Shown here in pieces: positions 9,665-19,330 of a stretch of DNA of 64,000 nt (position 1 is its first letter; every line of letters starts with the position of its first letter). The notes below the pieces were generated by a model. That model was not told the origin of the DNA. It saw nothing but the letters and a program-made list of their open reading frames with translations, and ran no database searches. The stretch comes from Bacteriovoracia bacterium (GTDB taxonomy: Bacteria; Bdellovibrionota; Bacteriovoracia; Bacteriovoracales; Bacteriovoracaceae): the NCBI GenBank assembly GCA_030431635.1, contig JAUIIL010000010.1, positions 19,093-83,092 on the forward strand, given 5' to 3'. The translations under genes and the position numbers were made by a program.

Positions 9665-10571
9665 AATTCCTCCAAGACTTTTTTGTGTCAATAAACCTGT
9701 GGGGATGACGTCTTATGATGTCATTAGAAAAATCAAACGCCTTATTCCTAAGAGCTGGGGAAAAATAGGGCACTTTGGAACCCTTGATCCCTTCGCAGAA
9801 GGTTTGCTCATTGTTGGTGTTGCAGGGGCAGCGAGACTAAACGACTATATTCATTCTCAAGGAACAAAGGTCTATACGGCAACTGGTGTTATGGGTGTTC
9901 AGACCAACACTGGTGATAAAATGGGTGAGATTGTTCAAAAAGATGAAGGAATCTATCTCGAAAAAGAGATCTCTCGGTTTGAAAAAAAATTTATTCAAGA
10001 GCAGCTTGAGCAAAACCTTTTAGGAAGCTACCTTCAAGCTCCTCCTGCTTTTTCGGCGGCCAAATTTCAAGGAAAACCTCTTCATCAATGGGCAAGAGAG
10101 GGAGTTGAAATAAAAAAAGAATCAAAACAGAGATGGGTACATCAAATTGAAGTTTTAGACTATCAGTTCCCAAAACTCGTCATTCGTTTTGAAGTGAGTT
10201 CCGGAACCTATATTAGGACTTTATTTGAAGACTCAATGAAATTATTTGGGACTTTAGGCCACTTGGAAGAACTTAAACGAGAGAGAATCGGGAAATTAAA
10301 CCTTAGTATGGCGATGGAGTTTGATGAATTGGAAGATATTTCAGTTATGGATTTTTTTGAAAGAGGGATATCACCTCAAAAGGCCCTTGAGTTTCAGTCT
10401 CTTGTTTTAGATGAGAGAGAATCAAAGCTTTTTTCTAATGGAGTTAAGCTAAGTAAAGAACTAGGGAATGCTCTTTTTTGGGTCGAATCTTCCTCAAGAC
10501 TTCTTGGTTTGGCCCAAGTGGAAAATGCTCAGTTATCCAGCCTTATTAATTTTCCAAGTTTTGAAAGTTAA
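9657..10571 (+). CDS. truB: tRNA pseudouridine(55) synthase TruB
   Basis: NKPVGMTSYDVIRKIKR...GHFGTLDPFAEGLL contains the catalytic Asp motif. Followed by YLQAPPAFSAAKFQGKPLHQWAREG and GTYIRTL. Confidence 0.9.
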   Translation: MNKIPPRLFCVNKPVGMTSYDVIRKIKRLIPKSWGKIGHFGTLDPFAEGLLIVGVAGAARLNDYIHSQGTKVYTATGVMGVQTNTGDKMGEIVQKDEGIYLEKEISRFEKKFIQEQLEQNLLGSYLQAPPAFSAAKFQGKPLHQWAREGVEIKKESKQRWVHQIEVLDYQFPKLVIRFEVSSGTYIRTLFEDSMKLFGTLGHLEELKRERIGKLNLSMAMEFDELEDISVMDFFERGISPQKALEFQSLVLDERESKLFSNGVKLSKELGNALFWVESSSRLLGLAQVENAQLSSLINFPSFES

Positions 10572-10585
10572 CTCTGCGCATCCTA

Positions 10586-10612
10586 TAGAGAAAAATCTTA
10601 AATATCCGATAA
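10586..10612 (+). promoter_or_regulatory. Weak sigma-28 (FliA)-like promoter candidate
   Basis: TAGAGAAA-N11-TCCGATAA compared with the E. coli consensus TAAAGTTT-N11-GCCGATAA. It lies about 70 nt upstream of the 10684 ATG. The -10 is good and the -35 is poor. Confidence 0.25.
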
Positions 10613-10683
10613 GATGAGTACCAATTTTTAGCTCATACTGCTATAATGGGCTCTGAGAAGTATTTGATTTTAAGGTAGGAAAT

Positions 10684-11547
10684 ATGAGCACAACAATGAT
10701 CGCTATGGGAGCTGCTGGGGCAATTGTCGGAGGCCTTGTTGCTGGACTTGGAGCTTTAAATTTTTTAATTGGAGCCGTTGAAACTCTTTTTGGAAAACCA
10801 AAGTTCATTTTCTTAAGATCTACAAAAGAGACATCATTTGCTTTTGCTTTTCATTGGAATTCAGCCAAAGAGCCAGCCAAAATGAATAGAGTCAGACTCA
10901 AGCTTTTTAATCCGTTTGGTAAACCAACGGTGGTTGAATTTTCAAAAGACTTTGATTCTTTTGATGAAAGTTTTGCTTATGAGGTAGATTTTGGTCAAGC
11001 CTTTAAAAACTTCACTGATACCGAAGGATTTAATAAATCTACTGTTGAGGTTGAAATTTCCTCAGAGAAGGATGGAGTGAATTTTCAGTTTGAATTTAAA
11101 GGACCAGTTTTTAAAGATAATTTTCTTAAGGCCAAAGATTATGTTGAGGGCTATAAGAAGAAAAGTGGAATGGAAGATTCTTCACCTAGTAAATCTCCAA
11201 TCAATATTCCATTAAGAAGTTTCATCGCAGACACAGTTCCTGGTAAAGGAGCTCAAGTAGCAATTCCTACTAACCCAGTTTTTGCTGCTTACTTTCAAGG
11301 TGATGCTGGAGAGGCATCAGCAGGAGCAAGTGCAGGAGCACAAGAGAACTTTGCTGTTTCAAAAGTTTGGATTGAGCCTGGTTGTATTGTTTGTAACGCT
11401 TGTGAGGATATATACCCAGAAGTTTTTGATGTTCAAGCAGACACTTGTCTCATTAGACCTGGGGCTCCTTTGGATGATGGGTTAAAAATTCAAGAGGCAG
11501 CAGAAGCTTGTCCGGTTGAAGTTATTAAGTTTACCAAAGTAGGATAA
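10684..11547 (+). CDS. Membrane-anchored protein with C-terminal single-cluster ferredoxin domain
   Basis: N-terminal Gly/Ala-rich TM helix (MIAMGAAGAIVGGLVAGLGALNFLIGAV). An unknown domain of ~200 aa and a GDAGEASAGASAGAQE linker follow. The C-terminus is VWIEPGCIVCNACEDIYPEVFDV...AAEACPVEVIKF (CxxCxxC...CP). Confidence 0.6.
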   Translation: MSTTMIAMGAAGAIVGGLVAGLGALNFLIGAVETLFGKPKFIFLRSTKETSFAFAFHWNSAKEPAKMNRVRLKLFNPFGKPTVVEFSKDFDSFDESFAYEVDFGQAFKNFTDTEGFNKSTVEVEISSEKDGVNFQFEFKGPVFKDNFLKAKDYVEGYKKKSGMEDSSPSKSPINIPLRSFIADTVPGKGAQVAIPTNPVFAAYFQGDAGEASAGASAGAQENFAVSKVWIEPGCIVCNACEDIYPEVFDVQADTCLIRPGAPLDDGLKIQEAAEACPVEVIKFTKVG

Positions 11548-11596
11548 TTTTGTTTCTTGCTTTAGTCATGTGATATGAACTTGTGTTCACCAAATA

Positions 11597-13879
11597 ATGA
11601 GCAAATTAAAAAATTCTTTTATCTCATTTCTCATAGGACGTCCGTTAGTATGTTTGATTATTCCGTTTCTTCTGACGCTTCTTTTCTCTATCGGACTTCT
11701 TCGCTTTAAATCGAACTACACTCCAAGAATATGGTTTGAAAAAAATTCACCGGACATAGTTCAACTCGATAATTTTGAAAAAATGTTTGGTGGTGAACAG
11801 TTTGTGAGTATTGGTATTTATTTACCAAAAGAGGAGCTGACTCAGGAGCATTTAAAGAAATTTGCTGATATTACTCAAAAGTTATGGCTCTTGCCTGATA
11901 TTATAAGGGTCGAAACAATTTCTAACTACAACGATATTAGGGGAGAAGAGGACGAAATTATTGTAGAGCCGCTTTCTGATAATTTTCAAAATAAAGAACA
12001 ATTTTTAGAAAAAGTAAAAGCAATGGAGACGATTAAAAATATTTTTATTAGTCCCAGTTATGATTACTATATCTTCAATGCTTATCTTAAACCATATTTT
12101 GAAGATAACCCTAATTTTTCAAAAGTTGTCGATGCGACTAAAAAGTATGTAGAGGAACTTAGGTCAAGTGGTTTTAAAGTTTTTCTTCTAGGCCCCGCGG
12201 CGGTCACAAATGCCTTTAGAAAAGTGACAGCGAGCGATCTTGAAAAAATGATTCCCTTAATGTTTCTAGTAACCTTACTACTCTTGTGGTTTCAATTTAG
12301 AAATTTAGCAACTGTTGTTGTTAGTATCGGTCTCATAGCTCTGACGATTGGAGTTTCGATGGGGTTTCTATCTAGTGTCGGAATTGTTTATAATGGTATT
12401 GCGGGAGCCCTTCCTGGGATTTTAATGGCCATTTGTCTTGCTGACTCGATTCATCTTTTTACAACTTTCTATCAACAGAAACAATTAGGTAAAACAACGA
12501 AAGAGAGTCTTAAATATTCTCTTGAGAGAAATTTTCTTCCGACCATTCTTACTTCACTTACAACGGCCATTAGTTTTATCACAATCGCCCAAACAGATCT
12601 TGTTCCTGTGCAAGGGCTAGGTTATGTGGCTTCATTTGGAGCGATTATGGCGTGGTGGTATACCTATTTCCTTTTTGCTGGAGCAATTGGTGTTAAGCCA
12701 GATTGGTTTGACTCTGCCAAGGTTATTAAAAGTACTCCTTTTTTAAATGGAGTGAAGTATATGAAGTTTATTAACAAATTTAAAAACACTATTATTCTTT
12801 TTTTTGGCCTTCTTTTTCTTCTTTCATTATTTATATCAAGACATATTGAAGTCAACTCAGACCCTGTTCTCTATTTCTCAGAAGGAATGGATATTAAAAA
12901 GTCTTATGATTTTTCAAAGACAAAGATGGATGGTCTTAAGGGGATTAATATTGTGGTGGATTCAGGGGAAGTTGATGGGGCCAAGGACCCTCTTTTTTTA
13001 AAACAGGTGGATAGTTTTATTGAAGAGATAAAAAAAGATCCTGAAATTGTTCAAGTACGCTCTATTCTCACGACGTTGAAAGAGATTAATGGAGTCTTAA
13101 AACCTGAGCTAGTGGAAAAACAACTTCCTGATAGTAAAAAGGCTGTTGCTGAACAGCTTTTTTTATACCAAATTTCACTGCCTTCAGGAGCTGGGATAGA
13201 AAACCTTATGACTATTGATTATAGTAAGATTCTCTTAAGAGTAAGTTGGACTCTAGAGTCTGTTAACGAAGGTCTTGAAAAAGCGAAAGAGATTGAAAAG
13301 AAAGCCCGAGAGAAGTTTAGTCTTAATGCTTATGTCGGAGGAAACTTTCCCATTTATTCAAAGGTTAATAATTTAGTGGTTCAATCTTTTCTCAAATCAA
13401 TGAGTATGACAATTCTAATTGTCAGCTTGATTTTATTAGTTGTTTTCAAGGATCTACTCATCTCATTTTTAAGTATGCTCCCCAATATCCTTCCACTTGT
13501 GATAGGGACAATGGTGATGGCCTTATCTGGAATTTTTTTAGATATCGGAACAAGTATTGTTGCTGCCATTTGTCTTGGTATTGCTGTTGATGACACTATT
13601 CATTTTGTTTCTAGTTATCTTCGAAATAAAAAAGAGGGACTTGAACACCTTGATGCCTTGGAAAAAACATTTAATGGAACAGGAAAAGCTCTTATTTTAA
13701 CAACTGTTATCCTTGTTTTTGGGTTCGGTGTTTTTGTCTTTGCTGATTTTCTTCCTAACCGCTATTTCGGAATGCTTTGTGCGATTGTATTGAGTTTTGC
13801 TCTTTTCACAGACCTGGTTCTTCTTCCTGCAGTCCTTATTAAATGGGATAGGAGAAGCCTTAAAAAAGACTTCCCCTAA
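11597..13879 (+). CDS. MMPL / RND-superfamily transporter
   Basis: 760 aa in two halves. Each half has a large soluble loop followed by a cluster of about 5 TM helices. The ICLGIAVDDTIHF motif is typical of RND/MMPL permeases. Confidence 0.8.
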   Translation: MSKLKNSFISFLIGRPLVCLIIPFLLTLLFSIGLLRFKSNYTPRIWFEKNSPDIVQLDNFEKMFGGEQFVSIGIYLPKEELTQEHLKKFADITQKLWLLPDIIRVETISNYNDIRGEEDEIIVEPLSDNFQNKEQFLEKVKAMETIKNIFISPSYDYYIFNAYLKPYFEDNPNFSKVVDATKKYVEELRSSGFKVFLLGPAAVTNAFRKVTASDLEKMIPLMFLVTLLLLWFQFRNLATVVVSIGLIALTIGVSMGFLSSVGIVYNGIAGALPGILMAICLADSIHLFTTFYQQKQLGKTTKESLKYSLERNFLPTILTSLTTAISFITIAQTDLVPVQGLGYVASFGAIMAWWYTYFLFAGAIGVKPDWFDSAKVIKSTPFLNGVKYMKFINKFKNTIILFFGLLFLLSLFISRHIEVNSDPVLYFSEGMDIKKSYDFSKTKMDGLKGINIVVDSGEVDGAKDPLFLKQVDSFIEEIKKDPEIVQVRSILTTLKEINGVLKPELVEKQLPDSKKAVAEQLFLYQISLPSGAGIENLMTIDYSKILLRVSWTLESVNEGLEKAKEIEKKAREKFSLNAYVGGNFPIYSKVNNLVVQSFLKSMSMTILIVSLILLVVFKDLLISFLSMLPNILPLVIGTMVMALSGIFLDIGTSIVAAICLGIAVDDTIHFVSSYLRNKKEGLEHLDALEKTFNGTGKALILTTVILVFGFGVFVFADFLPNRYFGMLCAIVLSFALFTDLVLLPAVLIKWDRRSLKKDFP

Positions 13880-13887
13880 GGATAGAT

Positions 13888-14913
13888 TTATTTAGTACAA
13901 ATAATAGTGATATAAGAATAGTCCCCACTGAATAAAGCACTGGAAATAAAGAATTTATCATCAAGAAAATACGCCATCATCCCAAAGGTGGGAATTGATA
14001 ACTTAAGCTGCTCATCTTGAGTTTTAAAATGAGCTTGGGAACCATCATTTTCGACTAAATTAAATTCAAGGTCGTGTCCAGTAAGGTTTTGCAGTTTAGT
14101 TCTCACTTCATCAGATTCATTTCGATATGCAAAAGAGTAGTTTGGTAATCTGCAAGTGAAGCTCTCTTTTAATTGAATGCTATCAAATTTAAAATTAGAA
14201 CTGTTAAAGATAAGACTTTCCAAGAATTTATAGTACTTTTCTTTACGAACAAGAACTGAACTTTGCTGGCCATAAATTTCTTCAAATAAGAGCTGAGTAT
14301 TTTCATAAGAAGCTATTTGAAAAGCCTGGGCAGTGATTTCTCTTGCGTAATCTGATGTTGTGTCTCCGTAGAGAATCCTTGTGGCCTTAAATACAGCTTC
14401 ATGCCAAAGAATTCCTTTTTGATCGAGTTGAGGCATAACATTATAGATTAAACTTGAAACTAAAAGATTTCCTTCATCATAAAGCGCTGCTGTTTTGAAG
14501 CTTGCTAAAGAGGAGTTTGCACAACCGTTAACACCATCATTGTTATATCTACTTTCTTTAGGAAAGAGGACATTTTCGAGTTGGCCATTTGAACTAGGTG
14601 CTTTCTCGAAAATTGTATTTCTCATTGCGTTTTGAAACTCATTCTCTATTTCGTGAAAATGCTGTATTAAATAATCTCCGACTTCTTTATCGATGGAGCC
14701 TACAGCATAGAGTATTTTCATAAATTCTAAATCTTGCTCTGCTATTTTATCAAAATCAAGTTTATATTTGACTTGCATTTCTACAAAGTCTTCAAGCTGA
14801 GCGTAGGTTGGAAGACCATTTTCATCAAAGCAAACATAAGATCCTCCTCCGTTTCCTTTATCTCCCGCAAAGAGCGATAGAGAAAAGGTAAGTAGCATTA
14901 ATAACATTTTCAT
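13888..14913 (-). CDS. Hypothetical secreted protein
   Basis: Signal peptide MKMLLMLLTFSLSLFAGDKGNGGG. 341 aa with no recognisable catalytic motif. Overlaps the upstream HTH gene by 4 nt. Confidence 0.5.
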   Translation of the reverse strand: MKMLLMLLTFSLSLFAGDKGNGGGSYVCFDENGLPTYAQLEDFVEMQVKYKLDFDKIAEQDLEFMKILYAVGSIDKEVGDYLIQHFHEIENEFQNAMRNTIFEKAPSSNGQLENVLFPKESRYNNDGVNGCANSSLASFKTAALYDEGNLLVSSLIYNVMPQLDQKGILWHEAVFKATRILYGDTTSDYAREITAQAFQIASYENTQLLFEEIYGQQSSVLVRKEKYYKFLESLIFNSSNFKFDSIQLKESFTCRLPNYSFAYRNESDEVRTKLQNLTGHDLEFNLVENDGSQAHFKTQDEQLKLSIPTFGMMAYFLDDKFFISSALFSGDYSYITIICTK

Positions 14914-15701
14914 TTTAAATTCTCCTTTTTTCTTATTTTTGTAAGAGGGTAAAATTGTATAGCAAGTTGAAAAACATCTGTTTTTTTTCCATTCTTAAGA
15001 AGAGAGGTCATTTTTTGACGAAACTCTCTAATAATTGTTTTTGCTTCAGGAATTTTTTCAAGATCAACAGCGAGTGTACTGCTTGAAAAATCTCTGAACT
15101 CAAGCTCGACTTCATCAAGTTTTCTTTTTCCTAATTCCAAAGTTTCTCTATGAGACTCTTTTAAAGCTTGGGAGCTAATATCTTCAGTTGTTTTAATGTC
15201 AGAGTGAACTCTTTCAAAATCTCCTTCAGGTGTTTGAATAAGAAGAGAGCAATGAAGAAGGTTTTGAACAACAACTTCGGTTCTCATTATTGAGATATCA
15301 AGTTTTTTGGCAATACCTCGAATACTCAAGTCATATTCAGCAAGGTTGAAAAGTTCTAGAACAGCAAAGTGCTCCCATTGAGAAATAACTTGGTAGTAAG
15401 ATTCATCAAGCATAAAACGCTCATCTAATTGAGGAATCTCTATTTCATCAATATTGGTTTTTGAGCGATAAAAGCTCTCCATGAAAAGAGTTTTCTCTTT
15501 TGGGGAGAGTCCTAAGTTCTTGGCCACATCCACAGCTCTTTTTAAGGGAAGAGATCTTTTCCCTTTTATTATTTGACTCAAAGTAGAACAATGCAGATTT
15601 AAATCCCGAGAAAAGGCCCTCAGTGAATAATTAGGGTTCTGTTTTTGCTTTAAAGAAAGCTTCTCTTTGATTTTGGTAACGTAATAGTTTTGAGTTTCCA
15701 T
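14910..15701 (-). CDS. HTH-containing putative regulator (resembles the TIGR02147/DUF4423-type family from memory)
   Basis: The N-terminus YSLRAFSRDLNLHCSTLSQIIKGKRSLPLKRAVDVAKNLGLSPKE is an XRE-like helix-turn-helix. 263 aa. Confidence 0.5.
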   Translation of the reverse strand: METQNYYVTKIKEKLSLKQKQNPNYSLRAFSRDLNLHCSTLSQIIKGKRSLPLKRAVDVAKNLGLSPKEKTLFMESFYRSKTNIDEIEIPQLDERFMLDESYYQVISQWEHFAVLELFNLAEYDLSIRGIAKKLDISIMRTEVVVQNLLHCSLLIQTPEGDFERVHSDIKTTEDISSQALKESHRETLELGKRKLDEVELEFRDFSSSTLAVDLEKIPEAKTIIREFRQKMTSLLKNGKKTDVFQLAIQFYPLTKIRKKENLK

Positions 15702-15755
15702 ACGTCGATACTACTTATTTTTTGCCACAGAGTGTATCACCCTTGTAAAAAAACC

Positions 15756-15773
15756 GTGGCATTGGCTTGCCAC
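15756..15773. promoter_or_regulatory. Palindromic candidate operator GTGGCA-N6-TGCCAC
   Basis: Perfect 6-bp arms at 15756-15761 and 15768-15773, in the divergent intergenic region between the HTH gene and the S9 peptidase gene. A further TTGCCACA copy sits at 15722-15729. Confidence 0.3.
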
Positions 15774-15852
15774 ATGTAAAAAAAAGTGTGTAATTTTGAC
15801 ATTTTTTAAGAGCTCAATTTTCTTCAATTGCTTAAATATGATATAACGCCTC

Positions 15853-18009
15853 ATGTTGATATTTTTTAAGTCTTTGAAATTTCAAATATTTTTCTTATAT
15901 TTCTGTTTTACAACAGCTGCTTTTTGCGTTGAGTGTAACCAATTTGATATCGCAAAACCTAATGAAGATATTATCATCCCTGACAGATTCAGAGCTTTAG
16001 AAGAAGACACAAAAGAGAGAAAAGAGTGGCTTAAATTTCAAAATCAAAAAACAGATGAGTGGATTAGTGAAAACGCATCAGTAGAAAAAGAGTTCTGGGA
16101 AAAAAATGTCTTTATTCCCATGTTCGAAAAAGAGCAGAGACTTGTCTGGGTTCAATTAGAAAACGGCTATACCTTAGAGACAATGGATAGGGGGTTGAAT
16201 CTTCCCAATGAAGTTGTGCTTAAAAAGGATGGCGAAGAAATTAAAACGATTCTTTCGACTAAGGAGATGAAAGGCAAGTCTCACTATAGTACAACGAAGC
16301 TTTGGACTTCACCTAAAAGAAACTATGTTTTGGCCAATATGGTAAAAGATGGTTCAATTGATACAACTGATATTTACGTTATTGATTTAAGTAAAAATAA
16401 TGGAGAGGTTGTTGAAAAGCTAGAGAGTGTTGGTGACTACGGAGTAACCTGGTTAGCTGAAGATGTTTTTGTTTATCGCAAAAGAGTGAGTGATGATGAA
16501 TTTATTAACTTAAGTCATAAAATTAATACCGATCAGCAACTTGATAATAGTGTAAAAGAAACTATTCTAGCTTCAGAATCTGGAAACGAAGAGCGCATTC
16601 TCTCTGGATCCGATCGTATCTTTAATGATCTCGCTTTTAACTCCTATGGATCAAAATATTTAGTTAGACATAAAAAACAAAAATCAATAATCACTTCACT
16701 TGTTGATGGAGGAAGTTATGAGTTTGATTTTAGAGTTTTCTCCTTTGTTAACGAAAATGATGATTTTATTTATGTCTCGCGGAAGAAAAAAAATGGTTGG
16801 CAGGAAGTTGTTTCTTTTAAAAAGATAAAAGGGGCAACGGAGCATATTCAGCTTGAAGAAGGGCAGGTTTTAAAAACAAGACAAGGAAATAGAGAAGGTT
16901 TTTATAACCTTAATGATGAAATTGCGATCTCATATAGTAAAGGTCATCAGTCATGGGTTAATATTTACTCTCTTGAAGGAGAACTTATTAAAGAAGTTAA
17001 AGTTCCCTCTTGTTGTGCTCTTACTGGTTTAAAGAAAACAGAAGAAGGACTTTATGAGTTTAAATTTACGTCAAGAGTTAAAAAATCTCAAAAATTTCTC
17101 TACGATCTAAAAGCTGCCCGTTTTAAAGAATACAACATAGAAAGCAAAATGATGACTGATGAAAACGGGATTGAATTTGTGAATACGTTTATCTTCCCGG
17201 CAAGTGAGGATGGGAAGAGCGTTCCAACGAGAATCGTTCATAGAAAAGACCTCAAGTTGGATGGAAAAAATCCAGCGTTTGTTGAGGGATACGGGGGATT
17301 TGGTGTTCCTGGGTATTTGAAAGCAAGATACCAAACAGAGCATAAAGTTTTTCTTGATAATGGTGGTGTTTATGTCGCTCCAGCACTTCGTGGTGGTAAT
17401 GAGCTAGGAGAGCAGTGGCATCGAGACGCACAGTTTGAAAATAAAATTAATACTTTTCATGATGGTGCTGCTGTTTTGAGAGAGATTGCTCGCTTGGGTT
17501 ATACTAATGCCAAGCAAATTGCGATAACGGGAACATCAAATGGGGGACTTTGGGCCGCAGGAATGGCCATGCTTTATGGACGCCTCTTTGCTTTGGCCAT
17601 TCCAATTAACGGTGTTTACGATTTAGCAGGAAAAGATATTTTTGATAGATTGTATGGAACAGGTTGGAGTTATGAATATGGTACAATGAGATTAGTGCGT
17701 TTTTTCTACTCACTGATGAAAATCTCTCCTTACCACTTGGCCCAAGAATCTGGAGAGTACCCCATGATGTTAATGATTGGAGGAAACTCTGATTCAAGGG
17801 TAAGAAACTTTCATACCTATAAGTTTGTTGCTGCTGCTCAAAGCTCACAGCAAGCTGATAATCCTATTCTCTATTATAATTTAGATAATGCCGGTCACTG
17901 GCCGCATAATCAACCTCTGCATGACTTTATTGCCATTGATACGAACGCAAGGCTGTGGGGTATCATGAGTAAGGCGATTGGTCTTAAGATAACTGAAAAA
18001 GCTAAGTAA
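15853..18009 (+). CDS. Prolyl oligopeptidase family (S9A) serine peptidase, secreted
   Basis: Signal-like N-terminus, a beta-propeller-length N-terminal region, nucleophile elbow ITGTSNGGLWAAG, and C-terminal NLDNAGHW carrying the catalytic His. Confidence 0.85.
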   Translation: MLIFFKSLKFQIFFLYFCFTTAAFCVECNQFDIAKPNEDIIIPDRFRALEEDTKERKEWLKFQNQKTDEWISENASVEKEFWEKNVFIPMFEKEQRLVWVQLENGYTLETMDRGLNLPNEVVLKKDGEEIKTILSTKEMKGKSHYSTTKLWTSPKRNYVLANMVKDGSIDTTDIYVIDLSKNNGEVVEKLESVGDYGVTWLAEDVFVYRKRVSDDEFINLSHKINTDQQLDNSVKETILASESGNEERILSGSDRIFNDLAFNSYGSKYLVRHKKQKSIITSLVDGGSYEFDFRVFSFVNENDDFIYVSRKKKNGWQEVVSFKKIKGATEHIQLEEGQVLKTRQGNREGFYNLNDEIAISYSKGHQSWVNIYSLEGELIKEVKVPSCCALTGLKKTEEGLYEFKFTSRVKKSQKFLYDLKAARFKEYNIESKMMTDENGIEFVNTFIFPASEDGKSVPTRIVHRKDLKLDGKNPAFVEGYGGFGVPGYLKARYQTEHKVFLDNGGVYVAPALRGGNELGEQWHRDAQFENKINTFHDGAAVLREIARLGYTNAKQIAITGTSNGGLWAAGMAMLYGRLFALAIPINGVYDLAGKDIFDRLYGTGWSYEYGTMRLVRFFYSLMKISPYHLAQESGEYPMMLMIGGNSDSRVRNFHTYKFVAAAQSSQQADNPILYYNLDNAGHWPHNQPLHDFIAIDTNARLWGIMSKAIGLKITEKAK

Positions 18010-18685
18010 GCTTTTGCTTAAGAAGCCCTGAAGAAAACAAGTTCTTAAGGGCGTCTTCATTCTCTTCCCAAATGGCCTGTAGAGGTTTTTCCTCCGAAAA
18101 TGGAGGGCATTCAAATGTGATAACTCCAGCATTATATTCTGTTGGAACAAAAGAGCCTAGAGAGCCAGGAGTTTCATAGCCAATATCATCAGCAATTGGG
18201 TAACCGTTAAGATTTCCAATGGCCTTGGCGATGTCTTCGCTATCTCCATTATAATTAATGATAGGCTTCCATGAGTGGAAACTCAAAATAATAGCAGGTT
18301 TAAATTTATCAAATAATTTTTTAAGAAAAATATTCTCTGGTTCACTTAAAGCACTTGGCCCAGGATTATATTTCTTCTTTTTAAAGTCAGGAGACCATTC
18401 CACAGGATAGTTTCTATTGAGATCAACGGCATGAGAGTTAACTCTAGTCCCTTGTTTGTAACCATCTACGTTGAGAATAGGAATAACAATGAGAGGGAGC
18501 TCTTCAAGATCGTGATCTTCTTTGAGCCATTCGAAATATTTCTGAAGAACATAAACACCTTCAACTTCATCACCGTGAGTACCAGCGATTAAATAGATAT
18601 AGTTTTTGGCTTTCACATCAGTTTTAAAAGCTGGAATGTCGACGCCTTCAACAGATTGCCCTGGTGACATTTCAGTGAAAATCAT
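18002..18685 (-). CDS. M14-family zinc carboxypeptidase/amidase, MpaA-like (murein peptide amidase-like)
   Basis: IAGTHGDEVEG (HxxE zinc motif), DLNRNYP and SFHSW. 227 aa with no signal peptide. Confidence 0.65.
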   Translation of the reverse strand: MIFTEMSPGQSVEGVDIPAFKTDVKAKNYIYLIAGTHGDEVEGVYVLQKYFEWLKEDHDLEELPLIVIPILNVDGYKQGTRVNSHAVDLNRNYPVEWSPDFKKKKYNPGPSALSEPENIFLKKLFDKFKPAIILSFHSWKPIINYNGDSEDIAKAIGNLNGYPIADDIGYETPGSLGSFVPTEYNAGVITFECPPFSEEKPLQAIWEENEDALKNLFSSGLLKQKLT

Positions 18686-19182
18686 GCTGGCTCCTCTTTA
18701 TGAATATAAATAGCACTTTGTCCTGGTGTTTCCTCTACCTCAACTTCAAGCTGAGCAAACTTATAACCGAATTTTTGAAGAGTGTTCTCGCGAATTTTTT
18801 GATTAAGATAAATCGCAATCCTCTCGCTACTTGTATTTTCTATGGGAAGCAGGAGAATGTCTTGCTTAGGAATACTGAATTCACTTTCATCAGGACAAAT
18901 GATTCTAAAATTTTTCTCTTCTTCGAATATCTTGAGTTTTGAATTTAGTTTAGGAATCAGAAGTTTATGATCAAGACTATCGCAAATCTCTCTTACTACA
19001 GGCTTAATGTCCAAAAAATCAAAAACCATATCAGAGCTAAGCTCAAGAGCATCTCCTTTGACTTTTACTCTGTAGTTATGTCCATGAAGAGGCTCTCTTG
19101 ACCCATCTTCAAAAATCATAAAATGTGAACAAGCGAAATTAAAATACTGCTTATAAACCTTAATCGAATAACTTAAGCTCAA
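18682..19182 (-). CDS. 6-pyruvoyl-tetrahydropterin synthase / QueD family protein
   Basis: FACSHFMIF...EPLHGHNYRVKV is the PTPS zinc-binding motif. TTG start with AAGGAG SD. At 166 aa it is larger than a minimal QueD. Confidence 0.7.
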   Translation of the reverse strand: MSLSYSIKVYKQYFNFACSHFMIFEDGSREPLHGHNYRVKVKGDALELSSDMVFDFLDIKPVVREICDSLDHKLLIPKLNSKLKIFEEEKNFRIICPDESEFSIPKQDILLLPIENTSSERIAIYLNQKIRENTLQKFGYKFAQLEVEVEETPGQSAIYIHKEEPA

Positions 19183-19330
19183 GAGCTCTCCTTAAACAAA
19201 CGCACAAAAAGCTGGACCCCAGACTAACTAAGTTTTAAAGTATTGAAAAGTCAAAATAGAAAGCATTTTTGCATTGTGTTGTTTTTTACATTTAATTGAA
19301 CCGATGCCATAAGAAGCCAAGGATAAGCTT

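Noticed and set aside
15756-15775. TGGCATTGGCTTGCC looked like a sigma-54 -24/-12 promoter (TGGCAC-N5-TTGC).
   Set aside because: The GG-to-GC spacing is 11 nt instead of the strict 12 nt on both strands. It is kept only as a palindromic operator candidate.
19183-19260. Possible preQ1 riboswitch in the leader of the QueD/PTPS-family gene (minus strand: CUGGGGUCCAG hairpin before the SD).
   Set aside because: The stem is only 4 bp and the tail is U-rich (CUUUUUGUGCGUUUGUUU). The A-rich ACUA-type tail that preQ1-I aptamers need is missing. A covariance-model scan would be the decisive test.
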